Source: Mobula hypostoma
Taxonomy: Eukaryota
Direction of reading: 5' to 3'
DNA length: 64,000 bases
NCBI RefSeq assembly: GCF_963921235.1
Contig: NC_086097.1
Coordinates: 62,126,001 to 62,190,000 of the forward strand
Shown here: in pieces, positions 34,198-46,677 of the stretch
Position numbering within the stretch: the stretch's first letter is position 1
Layout: every line of letters starts with the position of its first letter
The notes under the pieces: generated by a model
Databases searched by the model: none
Seen by the model: the letters and a program-made list of their open reading frames with translations, nothing else
What the model was told of the DNA's origin: nothing
Made by a program: the position numbers and the translations under genes

Positions 34198-37060
34198 TTA
34201 TGCTGGCTCCGGCCTGACTTCAGGTGCCAGCACGTTAGGCGTCGGTAATCTCTCGTGCGTGTGCGTCGCGCCCGGTATGGAAGTGTCGTGTGGTGTCTGT
34301 GTAGGGGTTGGAGTGTGCAGTGTCTCGTGGGTACATATATCAGTGGGTATGGGGTTAATAGTCACCATGGAGTGTTCAGGGTAGGGGCCCGGTGCCCCTG
34401 CGGGTGCCAGGTCGCGGATGGAGACCGTGTCCTCCCACCCATCAGATAAAACCACATAGGCATACTGGGGGTTTGCATGAAGTAAGTGAACCCTCTCGAC
34501 CATCGGGGAGTATTTATTGCTCCTCACATGTTTCCGGAGCAGCACTGGCCCCGGGGATATCAGCCAAGTTGGTAGGGTGGTCGCGGTGGTCAACTTCCTG
34601 GGAAAAGAAAAGAGTCGCTCATGAGGGGTGGCATTGGTGGCTGTGCATAACAGGGAGCGGATGGAGTGGAGTGCCTCGGGAAGGACCTCCTGCCAGCGGG
34701 AGACTGGAAGTCCCTTTGACCTGAGGGCTAAGAGTGTGGCTTTCCACACCATGGCATTCTCCTTCTCCACCTGTCCATTCCCCCGGGGATTATAGCTCGT
34801 GGTCCTACTAGTTGCAATTCCCCGAGCCAGTAGGTATTGGCGCAGCTCGTCACTCATAAACGAGGACCCTCTGTCACTGTGGATATAGCATGGGTATCTG
34901 AACAGAGTGAAGAGCTTGTGCAGGGCTTTTATAACTGACGTGGTAGTGGTGTCGGGGCAGGGGATGGCGAAGGGGAACCACGAGTACTCGTCGATAACGT
35001 TAAGAAAGTATACATTGCGGTTGGTGGAGGGAAGGGGGCCCTTAAAGTCAACACTCAGATGCTCAAACGGGTGGGTGGCCTTGATGAGTTGTGCCTTTTC
35101 AGGTCGGTAGAAGTGCGGTTTGCACTCTGCGCAGACTTGGCAGTCCCTGGTCATTGTCCTGATTTCCTCAAGGGAGTAAGGCAGGTTCCGGGCTTTCACG
35201 AAGTGGAAAAGCCGGGTGACCCCCGGGTGACAAAGATCAACATGTAGGGTGAATAGCCGGTCAATCTGCGCGCTGGCGCATGTTCCCCGGGATAGGGCAT
35301 CGGAGGGCTCGTTGAGCTTCGCAGGCCTGTACATGATGTCATAGTTGTAGGTGGAGAGTTCGATTCTCCACCTCAGAATTTTATCATTTTTGATTTTGCT
35401 CCGCTGTTGGTTACTAAACATGAATGCGACTGAGCGCTGGTCAGTCAGCAGGGTGAACTTTTTGCCGGCGAGATAGTGCCTAATAGCTTCCGCTATGGCC
35501 TGGGCCTCTTTCACCACCGCGGAGTGCCGAATTTCAGGCCTTGAAGGATACGGGAGAAGAGCGCCACTGGTCTTCCTGCCTGGTTGAGGGTAGCAGCCAG
35601 CGTAAAGTCGGAGGCGTCACTCTCTACTTGGAAGGGAATGACCTCATCCACCGCATGCATTGCTGCTTTGGCAATGTCCCCTTTTATGCAGCTGAAGGCC
35701 GCACAGGCCTCGGCTGAGAGGGGGAATGTGGTGGACTTGACCAGGGGGTGGACCTTGTCTGCATAGTTAGAGACCTATTGGGCGTAATATGAAAAGAAGC
35801 CCAGGCACCTTTTGAGGGCTCTGAGGGTGTTGGGAAGAGGGAGTTCCAACAGGGGGCGCATACGGTCGGGGTCAGGGCCAATGACTCCGTCAACACACCC
35901 AAAGGCCCCCACAAGACACCCAAGGATAGCAAGTCGGGTGGTCCCGAATACACACTTGTCCTTGTTATAGGTGAGGTTGAAAGCTTTGGCTGCTTGGAAA
36001 AATTTTCAGAGGATGTTGTCGTGATCATGCTGGTCGTGACCGCAGATGGTGATGTTATCCAGGTATGAGAACATGGCCTTCAGTTGACACTGGTCCACCA
36101 TCCGGTCCATTGCCCTCTGGAAGACAGATATACCATTCGTAACACCGAAGGGGACGCGAAGGAATTGATAAAGCCTGCCGTCCGCCTCGAAGGCAGTGTA
36201 AGGGCGGTCCTCCCGGCGGATGGGGAGCTGATGGTAAGCGAATTTTAGGTCTATGGTCGAGTACACCTTGTACTGTGCTATCTGATTGACCATATCCGCG
36301 ATGCGGGGTAGAGGGTACGCGTCGAGCTGCGTGAACCTATTGATGGTCTGGCTATAGTCCACGACCATCCTATTCTTCTCCCCGTTCCAAACAACCACCA
36401 CCTGCGCCCTCCAAGGACTTGTGCTTGCCTCAATGACCCCCTCCCTGAGCAGCCACTGCACCTCCGACTTAATGAAAGCTCTGTCCCCCGCGCTGAACCT
36501 CCTGCTTTTAGTTGCCACAGGTTTACAGTCGGGGGTCAGGTTGGCGAACAGCGGTGGGGGAGGGATCTTGAGGGTGGAGAGGCGCCAGCGGTGTCCATAG
36601 TGCGGCTGTTGGCATGATGTTGGGTGGGATGTGCGGGTTGGTGTGTGTGTGTGTGGTCAGTAGCGGGGTATGTGACGTATTCCTACAAAACTGAGGATTT
36701 CCGACAGTGATTGGTGGGAGGGGCCCATCATACTGCATTGTCACGCTTTTCAGGTGCCTCTGGAATTCGAGCCCCTATAGCACAGGGGCACACAGTTGAG
36801 GCATGACCAGTAATGAAAAATCTCGATATTCTGTGCCCTGCACCACTAGCGTCACTACACAACCCCCCCCGGATATCTGTTGTATGCGACCTGGAAGCCA
36901 TGACGATCTTCTGACGATACCGGCCGTATCGCGAGTCCGCAACGCTGCACTGTGTCCAGGTGGATAAAACTCTCCATGCTGCCTGTGTCAAACAGGCAGC
37001 TTGTCCTGTGCCCCTCCACCAGGATGTCCATCATTGACCTTGCAAGCTGGTGGGGAGCAC
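34198..37060 (-). pseudogene. pol: pol of the PBS-less Gypsy element
   Basis: LFDTGSMESFI (PR), SPWRAQVVVV, VVDYSQTINRFT, PFGVTNG, SYLDNITICG (RT), TDQRSVAFMF (RH), HVDLCHPG...CQVC, SVDFKGPLP, HSDRGSSF, GNGQVEK (IN). Confidence 0.92.
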
Positions 37061-37167
37061 TTTGGTCGAGGGTCACGGAAGCCAGGGTTGAGTCGCTGTC
37101 TTGGCCCGGCACGGTGGGGTGCGTGGTGAACACCCGTTGGTCGTAGGCAGTGGGAGGTGCTGCCGAC

Positions 37168-37268
37168 CAAGATGGCCGCCCCCATGTCTTGCACATGGTG
37201 GCGGCGTGCAGGGAAGATGGCTGCCCCCATGTCTTGCACATGGTGGCGGCGTGCAGGCAAGATGGCGA
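37168..37268. repeat. 45-bp in-frame tandem repeat (just over 2 copies) in the gag-PR linker
   Basis: caagatggccgcccccatgtcttgcacatggtggcggcgtgcagg repeated; encodes SLHAATMCKTWGQPS. Confidence 0.85.
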
Positions 37269-37317
37269 CCACCATGCCTCGCTTGCGGCGCTGCTCGATC
37301 CTGCTCGTGGTTTGGAC

Positions 37318-38043
37318 TTACAGGCCTCGACGAAGTGGCCCTTCTTTCTGCAGCTGGAGCAGGTAGCTTCTCAAGCCGGGCAGCATTTCCATGTGCTTCT
37401 CAAGTCTGCAGAAGTAGCACTTCGCGGACTCGCAACTGGCAGCAGCCATGGTCGATTCGCCAGCGAGTTGCGGGGTCTGCAGTGTCCACGAGGCCGTCGG
37501 GAGATCACGTGCCTGTAGAGCTTCAGAGTTGTGCTGAACGGCCTCCTGTGTGTCAGCCAACTCAATCGCTGAACGTAAGCTAAGATGGGTGTGTTCCAGC
37601 AGCCGCTGGCACACATATACTGACTTGGTCCCTGTGAAGAAGGCGTCTCTTACTAGGAGCTCCGCATACTCTTCGGCCATCAGCCCCCGGCAATCGCAGG
37701 CCCGCACGAGTGTCTGTAGGGCCCGGACGAACTCAGTGCTCGAATCTCTGGGCTGCTGCTGCCGCATCACTAAGCGATGTCGCGCATTGACAGTGCTTAC
37801 CGGCCACAGGTATTGTCTTCTGAGGGCGCTCATCGCGCCATCGTAGCTCGGCTGGTCTTGAATCATTGAGTAGACCCGTGGACTGACCCTGGAGAGGAGA
37901 ACTCTGTGCTTCGCGGCTGACTCGGTCACTTCAATGTCCTCCAGGTATGATTCGAAGCAGGCCAACCAGAGTTCGAAAGTGTTTCTGGCTTCAGGTGTTT
38001 GCGGGCCGAGATCTAGCTTGTCGGGTCTCAGGACGTGTTCCAT
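37318..38043 (-). pseudogene. gag: gag of the PBS-less Gypsy element (frameshift within the zinc knuckles)
   Basis: MEHVLRPDKLDLGPQ...FELWLACFESYL, ARHRL..RQQQP, LVRDAF, CYFC. Confidence 0.85.
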
Positions 38044-38068
38044 GCTTTAAAATTACTGTTAATAAAAT

Positions 38069-38300
38069 TGATGCACTGTCAATTACTCCAAAAGACTAGA
38101 AGTAGAGTAAATACTGAAAGGCTTTTTGTAACAGTAAAATGGACCCACATCCATGCTGAATATCTGTCCTGGACTGAGGGAGGAGCAGTGACACAATCAC
38201 CTTTATTCAAGGGTCTGTGTGAGAAGCCACAGGAGCAGTCAGCAGAGAGGCGAGTCCAGACAGGTAACCCAGTTACAACCTATGTATGTGGTTTACCACA
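38069..38300 (-). repeat. 5' LTR (232 bp)
   Basis: Direct repeat of 33804-34045. Confidence 0.95.
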
Positions 38301-38339
38301 AGAGGGCAGTAGGTTGGTATCAGTAGGTAGGTTGGTAGG

Positions 38340-38800
38340 TCTGGCCCTTAACAGTGTACTATCTCATTACATTTGACCTACCATGATGCAACACTTCACA
38401 TTTGTCCACTTCACATCTGCCATTTCTCCGCCCATATCTGCAACTGATCTATATCCTGTTAGATTCTTTGCCAGTCTTCTGTCCAATCCACAAAACCACA
38501 AATCTTCATATCATCTGTAAAGTTACTAACACAACCATTTACATTTTCATCCAGGTCATTTATATACATTCCAAATAGCAGAGGTCCCAGCACAGAACTC
38601 TGTGGAGCATCACAAATCATAGGTCTTCAGCTGGAATAAGTCTTTTCAACCATAGCCCTCTGTCTTCAATGGGCAAGCCGGTTCAAAATCCAGACTGACA
38701 ATTCACCATGGATCCCATGCATCTTAATCTTCTGGATGACCCTCCCATGTGAGAGACCTTGTCAGAAGCCTTACTCAAATCCATGTAGACAACTCCACAG
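38340..38800 (-). mobile_element. CR1 LINE RT fragment (continuation of 32490-33186)
   Basis: Antisense CR1 RT sequence (YMDLSKASDKV; PQSSVLGPLLFGMYINDLD). Confidence 0.75.
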
Positions 38801-38861
38801 GTCCACATGTAAGCTTCATCCCATTGGATCAACATCCAACTGATGATTGGTTAATGGTTAC

Positions 38862-41685
38862 TGTAATGTATTGTGTGAGTATTCGTGGTGTAAGAGTGCG
38901 TATGATGTCAGGACGTAGAGAAGTAAAAATGGAAGTCTGTTGAATAAACGTGGTTGTTCAAGTCACATCAATATTACATGGTGTCAGAAGAAATCACAAA
39001 GAAAATAAAAAGGAAGAGAAGACACGTAAAAGATGTCACAGTTACAGCCAGCATCAAGTTTAAGCCTACAAGGTAATCTTGCTGAGAACTGGAAAATATG
39101 GATTCAGAAGTTTGAGCTGTTTTGCACAACTACCAGCGTAGCTGAAAAGATGGAGAAAGTGCAATGTGCTACATTTCTGCATGTGGCGGGGGAAGAGGCA
39201 ATAAAAGTTTGCAACACGTTTGTCTTCCAAGATGATGAGCAAGATTAAATTGAAGTGTTGAAGAAAAAGTTTAAAGATTACTGCGAACCGAGAAAAAACC
39301 TACCGTACATCCGACACAGGTTTTTCACGAGGGCTCAAGGACCAATAGAGACCACAGACGCCTATTTAACAGATTTGAAGAGCAAGGCAAAAAACTGTGA
39401 GTTCGGACAACTGCATGACTCATTAATACGTGACAGGATTGTATGTGGCATACGAGATGATCAAGTGAGAGGCAGGCTATTGAGAGAGGCGGATTGACGT
39501 TTGCCGTGCCAGCGAGATCACGTCAAGTCAGGTTAAAGTGCTCAATGAAGAGATTGAAGTGCACAAAATAAAAACTGTGAAAACTGACAAGAGTAGGACA
39601 AAGTCAGCTCCACAGGATGATCAAAAGGAAGTTAACTGCAACAGATGTGGTTATGAACATGGGTACGGAAAATGACTAGCCTTTGGTCAGACATGCAAGT
39701 TATGCCAGAAAAGAAATCACTTTGCAAGGATGTGCAAATTGAAGGAGCACGCAAGGAAAATGCATGCTGTGGAACAGAGTGAGGGCAACAGTGACATGTT
39801 CATTGGCACAGTTGAAGTGGGACAGGTGGTATGCATCAAGAATATTGACAATGCAGAGATGGAGGATGAAGATGATTGGACTCAAGATCTGATAATGAAC
39901 AGGAGGAATGTGACATTTAGGCTTGAGACAGGGGCAAAGTGCAATGTAATGTCTGCAGAAACGTTCAACTCTCTGGACATCAGAGGAAGACTGAGAAAAT
40001 CCACCTGCAAGCTTGTTGCATGTTTCGGCCACAAGACGGCACCACTGGGGATAAAAGCACTCACCTGTGTGTACAAAGGTCAACAATATAAGATGGAGTT
40101 TGAAATAGTACAGCAACATGTTCCAACAATACTGGGCAAAGCAACATGTGCAAAGCTAGGCTTGGTGAAGTGAATCTTTGGTGTTGAAAAAGAAAATGAC
40201 ATTCTCAAAGACTTAGATGACTTGTTTTCTGGATTAGGATGTTTACCAGGGAAACAACATATCCAGATTGATCCAACTATTGCACCAGTCGTGCATGCTC
40301 CAAGAAAGATTCCAGTAGCTCTCAGGGATCAAGTAGTGGAGGAGCTGCACAGAATGGAACAGATGGGAGTCGTAACAAGACAAATAGAACCGACCGACTG
40401 GGTGAATAGTATTGTGACAGTGGTCACAGAAAAAAAGACGAGGATTTGCATGGATCCACAAGATCTCAACCAAGCCATCAAAAGAGAGCACTATCCGCTG
40501 CTCACGGTTGAAGAGGTTGTCTCCTGCATGCCTAATGCAAAATACTTTTCAGTATTAGATGCAAATCAAGGTTTCTGGCAAATCAAGCTGGATGAAGAAA
40601 GTTCCAAATTATGTACTTTCATCACGCCCATACAGAGATATCATTTCCTGCACCAACCCTTTGGGATTTCTTCTGCATCAGAGGTATTCCAGAGATCCGT
40701 GGCACAAATGATTGAAGGCCTGGACGGGGTGGTCAACATCACTGATGGTTTGCTGATATGGGGTGACACAATTGAGGAACATGATCAGAGACTGAGGAAG
40801 CTCCTAGACAGAGCACGTGAGTACAACCTAAAACTCAGTAAAAGTAAACGTAAGATCAGAACTACAGAGATTAAATACATAGGTCATGTACTCAGCGCTG
40901 ATGATGAAAAGGTCAGAGCTGTGGTACAGCTACCACCACCCAAAGACAAGCAAGAACTATTGAGGTTCATGGGCATGGGTATCTTGCCAAATTCATTCCC
41001 AACTTATCAGAGGTCAGCGCTCTACTCCGAAAGCTACTAGAGAGCAACACTGAATGGCATTGGGAAGACGAACAAAAGAAAAGTTTGACACATTGAAGCA
41101 GTTGGTTACCAATGCACCAGCACTCAAGTTCTATGATGTTAATAAACCAGTGACAATGTCTGTTGATGCCAGTTCGGAGAGAATAGGAGCTGTTATACTG
41201 CAGGATGGGAGGCCTGTGTCATATGGATCATGAGCACTTACAGACTGTCAATGCTGGTATGCTTAAATCGAGAAGGAATTACTTGCCATAGTTTAAGGGT
41301 GTGAGAAGTTCCACCAATATGTATATGGCAAAGAAATCCAGGTTGAGAGTGATCACAAACCACTTGAGAGCATCTTCAAAAATCCACTCTACTAAGCTCC
41401 TATGAGGCTGCAAAGAATGCTTCTCAGGCTACAGAGGTACACTCTCACAGTCACCTATAAGCCAGGAAAAGAACTGTACATCGCTGATGCTTTGAGCCGT
41501 GCTTACCTCAAAGAGCAAAAGGAAGAGTTGCTAGGAAGAGAGCTGGAGGTCAACTGGGTTACACCTCACTACCCATCTCTGAGGAGAAGTTGAACATGTT
41601 CGGGAAAGCAACTGCAGATGATACTGAAATGCAAATGCTAAGAGACATTACAATGAATGGATGGCCAACAGAAAGAAAAGATGTT
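38862..41685 (+). mobile_element. Ty3/Gypsy element (Mag/SURL-like), 3'-truncated, many stops
   Basis: 117-bp LTR 38862-38978 (tgtaat...attaca, with AATAAA); PBS TGGTGTCAGAAG (tRNA-Leu type); gag GNLAENWKIWIQKF, IRDRIVCGI; PR LETGAKCNV; RT RICMDPQDLNQAIKRE, LDANQGFWQ; RH SDHKPL, ADALSRA; no integrase core or 3' LTR. Confidence 0.92.
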
Positions 41686-42472
41686 CCACTTATGGCCCTT
41701 ACACTTCCTCCCTCACCACCATTCAGGGCCCCAGACAGTCCTTCCAGGTGAGGCGACACTTCACCTGTGAGTCGGCTGGGGTGATATACTGCGTCTGGTG
41801 TTCCCGATGCGGCCTTCTATATATTGGCAAGACCCGACGCAGGCTGGGAGACCGTTTCACTGAACACCTACGCTCTGTCCACCAGAGGATGCAGGATCTC
41901 CCAGTGGCCACACATTTTAATTCCATGTCCCATTCCCATTCTGATATGTCCACCCATGGCCTCCTCTACTGTAAAGATGAAGCCACACTCAGGTTGGAGG
42001 AACAGCACCTTATATTCCGCCTGGGTAGCCTCCAACCTAATGGCATGAACATCGACTTCTCTAACTTCCGCTAATGCCCCTCCTCCCCTTCACACCCCAT
42101 CCTTTATTTATTTATTTTATATATTTTTTATTTCCCCCCCTTTTTTTTCTCTCCCTCTTTTTCTCTCCCTCTGTCCCTCTCACTATAACTCCTTGCCTGC
42201 TCTCCACCCTCCGGGCTCCCCTCCTCCCTTCTCTTTCTCCTCAGGCTTCCCGTCCCACGATCCTTTCCGTTTCCAGCTCTTAGATCCACCCCTCCCCTCC
42301 TGTCTTCTCCTATCATTTTGGATCTCCCCTCCCCCTCCCACTTTCAAATCTCTTACTAGCTCTTCTTTCAGTTAGTCCTGACGAAGGGTCCCGGCCCGAA
42401 ATGTAAACTGTACCTCTTCCTAGAGATGTTGCCTGGCCTGCTGCGTTCACCAGCATTTTTTATGTGTGTTGC
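41686..42472 (+). mobile_element. Penelope-like element (Neptune-like), 3' part with open GIY-YIG domain and hammerhead tail
   Basis: ORF to 42074: FTCESAGVIYCVWCSRCGLLYIGKTRRRLGDRFTEHLRSV...RLGSLQPNGMN; pyrimidine-rich 3'UTR; hammerhead motif. Confidence 0.92.
42374..42409 (+). ncRNA. Minimal hammerhead ribozyme motif
   Basis: agtc-CTGACGA-agggtcccggccc-GAAA-t-GTA-aact; core boxes intact, helices I and III mutated. Confidence 0.65.
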
Positions 42473-42899
42473 TCTATATTCAGCGCTGTTTGTTCTTTTT
42501 GCCACTTTGATACACTTAAGTATGGCATGATCTGTATGAATGGCACACAATCAAAAGCATGATTGGCATTGGCATTGGCTTATTATTGTCAGGAATAGTT
42601 AAGGACCTCCAGCAACGGACATGCTTCAGTGCTGAGTATGTGTCACACAGCTTAGTGTCCCAGTTTAATATCTGCCTCAACTTCCCCCCCTGTTTTATAT
42701 TTCAAGGTTATCAGCAGGTTTAACTCTAAACTATGCACATTAATGGGCTGTGGAAATAATCCAATGTGTCAGTAATAATATCCAAGCAAAAATGCAGGGT
42801 GAAGAAGCTCTATACATTTTCTATTGGATGCTACAGGACAAAAGGAATTATTTGTTCTTTCAGGTCTGTAGAACACAATTATCATTCTTATGTAAAAAT

Positions 42900-43870
42900 A
42901 ATCCAGCACATAATTCTCCACAACTTCCACCATCTCGAACAGAATCCCACCACCAAGCACATTGTTCCCTCTCCCCACCCACCTACCACTTTCTGCAGGG
43001 ATCGAGCCCTATGTGACTCCCTTCTCCATTCGTCCCTCCCCACTGATCTCCCTCCTGGTACTTATCCTTGCAAGCAGAACAAGTGACACATCTGCCCCTA
43101 CCCCTCCTCCCTCACTACCATTCAGGGCGCCAAACAGTCCCTCCAGGTGAGGTGACACTTGACCAGTGAGTCTGTTGGGGTCCTCTACTGTATCTGATCT
43201 GACCTCCTGTGTATTGGTGAAACCTGAGTTAGATTGGGAGACCACTTCACAGAGCACCTATGCTCCATCTGCTGGACAAAACAGGATCACCCAGTGTCCC
43301 CACTTCAATTCCCATTCCAACAGGACAGTCCATGGGCCCCTCTACTGCTGTGATGAGACCACACTCAGGCTGAAGGAGCAACACTTTATATTCTGTCTAG
43401 GTAGCCTCCAACCTGATAGAATGAACATCGATTTCTCTAACCTGCCAAATGCCCCCCCTCCCCTTTACCATTCCCCATTCCTATTTCACTCTTGCACCTT
43501 AGCTCCCACCTGCCCATTACCTCCCTCTGGTGCTCCAACCCTTTCCCTTTCTCCCACTGTTTTCTACCCTCTCCTATCAGATTCCCTTGCTCTAGCCCTT
43601 TATCTCTTCCACAAATCTACTCCCCAGCTCTTTACTTCACCCCTCCCCTCCCAGTTTCACCTATCACCTACCACCTGAATTTCTTTCTCCCCACCCCCTA
43701 CTTTCATACTCTGACTACTCATCTTTTTTTCCAGACTTGCTGAAGGGTCTCGGCCTGAAATGTCAACTGTTTACTTTCTTACCAACAGTTGCTGCCTGGC
43801 CTGATGAGTTCCTCCAGCATTTTGTGTGTGTAGCTTCAACTTCCAGCATCTGTAGATTTTCTCATGTTTG
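42900..43870 (+). mobile_element. Penelope-like element (Neptune-like), older copy
   Basis: IILHNFHHLEQNPTTKHI...FCRDRALCDSL...PGTYPC and LKEQHFIFCLGSLQPDRMNIDFSN; degenerate hammerhead at about 43735-43770. Confidence 0.85.
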
Positions 43871-44271
43871 GGATTTTTATATATAATTCTTCTTTATTAT
43901 TCAGAATATTTGGTTTCATTTAATGAAATAAAAGTTTGGTCATTTATTGCAAAGCATCAAGTGAAATCAATGAAGTCACCAGACACAGAATGCAGAATTT
44001 TATTAGGAGTTAGAAATATTGATTCTTAAAATCTGAAAGACTGGCAGATCCAATCGTAATAATTATAGCCTCATGAAGATTTTGTACCAAGTTCACTGCT
44101 GACTCTAGCGATTTTAGGGCTAATATAGATCGAATATTTATTGGACAACTATGTGGCACATGAGCTCCCTGTGCATATATGAGAGCATTTTTTAAATTAG
44201 TAGAAAGTGAATGAAACATGCCATTGACAATAAGTATACAATAAGTATACAACAGTGTTTATTAATTTTTT

Positions 44272-44515
44272 TTAATTTATTGAGATACAGCACAGAGTAG
44301 GCCCCTCTGGTCCTTTAGAGCCGAGCTGCCCAGCAACCCCCAATTTAATATCAGCCTAATCACCAGACGATGTATGATGACCAGTTAACCTAGCAACCAG
44401 TACGTCTTTGGAACATGGAAGGCAACTGGAGAACCTGGAGGAAACTAACATGGCAGCTGAAATTGAACCTGGGTCGCTGGTACTGAAAAATGTTGTGCTA
44501 ACCACTAAACTCCCA
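44272..44515 (-). mobile_element. tRNA-derived V-SINE (same family as 16170-16445), internally deleted
   Basis: Antisense of tagtggttagcacaac...ccaggttcaatttc...gtttcctccaggttctccagttgccttcca...tatctcaataaa. Confidence 0.75.
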
Positions 44516-44939
44516 TGGCACCCCAATTTTATTCATTCACTGAATAATAACATTGGCTGACAAGGCTAGCAGTTACTGTTGGTATATGCGATTAGTATAG
44601 TTTGACATAATAGCACAGACATTGTGCTAACTATTGTTCAATGTTCTATCCACTATATTAAATTAATATTTAAGGCTAGATGTTGTATTCAAATTTATAA
44701 GAAGAATTTGTGTTTACAGTATGTATCACTTCTAGCAAAGTGAAATATTCCAAAACACTTAAGGGTGAGAGGAAACAAATAAAATTTGATTCAAAGTTGC
44801 AAAAGGAATATATCTAAAAGGAGGGAATAAAATCAGTGAACTAAAATCTGGAATATGGAAGAGGCCAGAATTAGAGGAAGATGAATAAAATCCCACAGTT
44901 TGAAACAGTGCTAGGTGCCAGTTGAGAAAAATGTTTGTC

Positions 44940-45295
44940 TGTATTAATTTATTTTGTTCACTCGCTGGCAAAGTGTTTGCTGCTCATAACCAGTTGCTTT
45001 TGAACTCAGTGGGTCAGTTCCGAACGCAGGCAAAAGTCCATCACCTTGCTTGTGGTTCTGGAGTCACACTGAGATCAGGCCAAGCAAGGATGAGAGTAGC
45101 CCTTTCCCAAAGAGCATTCATGAAACAGCTTATCTGTTACTAAATAACCAGTACAATAAATGTACCTTTTTCATTAAAATGCCTGATTTACTTAATCAAT
45201 TGATTTGTACTTCTGATTGCTTTGATGGGTTTTGAAGTAAAAATCATTTGTCCGATATATGTACAAATCCAGCAACATAAACATAATGCTATTAT
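44940..45295 (-). mobile_element. Old Deu-domain-like SINE
   Basis: gtggttctggagtcacactgagatcaggccaagcaaggatgagagtagccctttccc resembles the antisense Deu domain; related to 4730-4935 and about 31920-32110. Confidence 0.45.
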
Positions 45296-46677
45296 ACCCG
45301 TTAAGCCAATTGATTGAATTTATTGTTACAACAGAATTTAAACTGATAAACCTGGAAGTTGTATTTACTCACAAAGGATCTGCTACTAAGGCACAGCCAC
45401 AGGACCTCAAGGAGAATTTTCACTGTTAGCCTCCTGCAACAGAGTTTGGGATAACAGGCAGCCCTAGGCCCAGTTGTAGCCAGGTTGGAGTGTGATGTAG
45501 GAATCAGTAGCCTGGCCCCAATGAGCAGACGTTGCAGATACGAGGGAAGGTAACAAGAAACTAGGATGATGTGTAAGGGAGTAACAATGAGGGAACTGAG
45601 TCCTGGAGTCTGTGGAGCTGGGAGGAGTAAGATGTCAAGGTCTGGGTCTGGGAGGATCATGCTGGGTTCAGCAGATTAGAAGATTAGGCTCTGAAACTGG
45701 AGGCATCTCAGGGTTGAGAAGCTGTGCAGTGATTAGTGGGAGGATAGTTCTAATCCTCTCTTACATGCTTCATTTACTGAGGAGTTGTGAATGAAATTAA
45801 ACATTCTCTAATCATCAGTGAGTATTGCCACCTCTTATGTGATGGAAGGGACATCACCAATGAATCAGCTGGATTAGCCCAGTGCAGTGATTACTTGGCT
45901 AACTTATCAAAGAGTGACAGCTTAGCTGTAATTATAACCTAATACCTTTTAATGTAATTAGTCAAGTGTATAGCATTGTCTTTTGAGTTTGTTATTGAGT
46001 ATCACAGTTGCTGGCACATCTCTTTGAAGGGTTGTTGCTGCAAATAACTGATGTACTGTTCACTTGTAGATAATACACTCTTTGTTATAATTATCTTCTA
46101 GATGATTTATCATTTCCTTTCAGTCTATTTGCGCTTTCTTTGAAAAAAAATAGCATTTGTGAAATGCTCATTTTTTTGCTTCACTTGAATCTTTTGCTAT
46201 TGACATCTGGACACTTCCTGCTGTGCAGCAGTCGTTCACATCGACTGGAATTGGCAGTCTTATTAAAGTTCCTCTCGAGCTTGAAGCTGTGCACATTCAT
46301 GTCCGTGTGCCTGGCTGCATCGACTGGTATTGCTGTTCAAAGTGCAGACATCACGTTCATCTCTTTGAGGAGTTATAGTTGTTGTTTATTGCTTCTTTTG
46401 GAGATATTAGCACATGTACTGCCTGCACTATTATACCTAATTAATTGTGAACAATAATCACACTGATAGCTTGTACTGAATTATTTCATGCTTGGATACC
46501 TCATACCTGCATTGCTGTTTGTTTCACTAATCATTAATCATTAGATTTTTCCCAAAGAACTAAATGTGGGATTAAATTCAAAGTAAGGGTGCAGGGAGAA
46601 TTGAAAAAGAACAATAAGTCTGTTATGAAAATTTGAAGTGTGACAAAGAATGAACTAGAATGATTCAGCAATGAACT

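Larger units (their letters stand above)
33804..38300 (-). mobile_element. Ty3/Gypsy LTR retrotransposon lacking a tRNA PBS, structurally complete but frameshifted
   Basis: LTRs 33804-34045 and 38069-38300 (TG...CA); 5-bp TSD AGAGG; PPT aaaaggaggggtgaa next to the 3' LTR; gag-PR-RT-RH-IN on the minus strand. Confidence 0.97.

Noticed and set aside
46140..46457. 105-aa ORF in unique sequence with some retained CpGs
   Set aside because: No ATG start, no recognisable motif and no clear splice signals; it could be a conserved non-coding element, but that cannot be shown without alignments.
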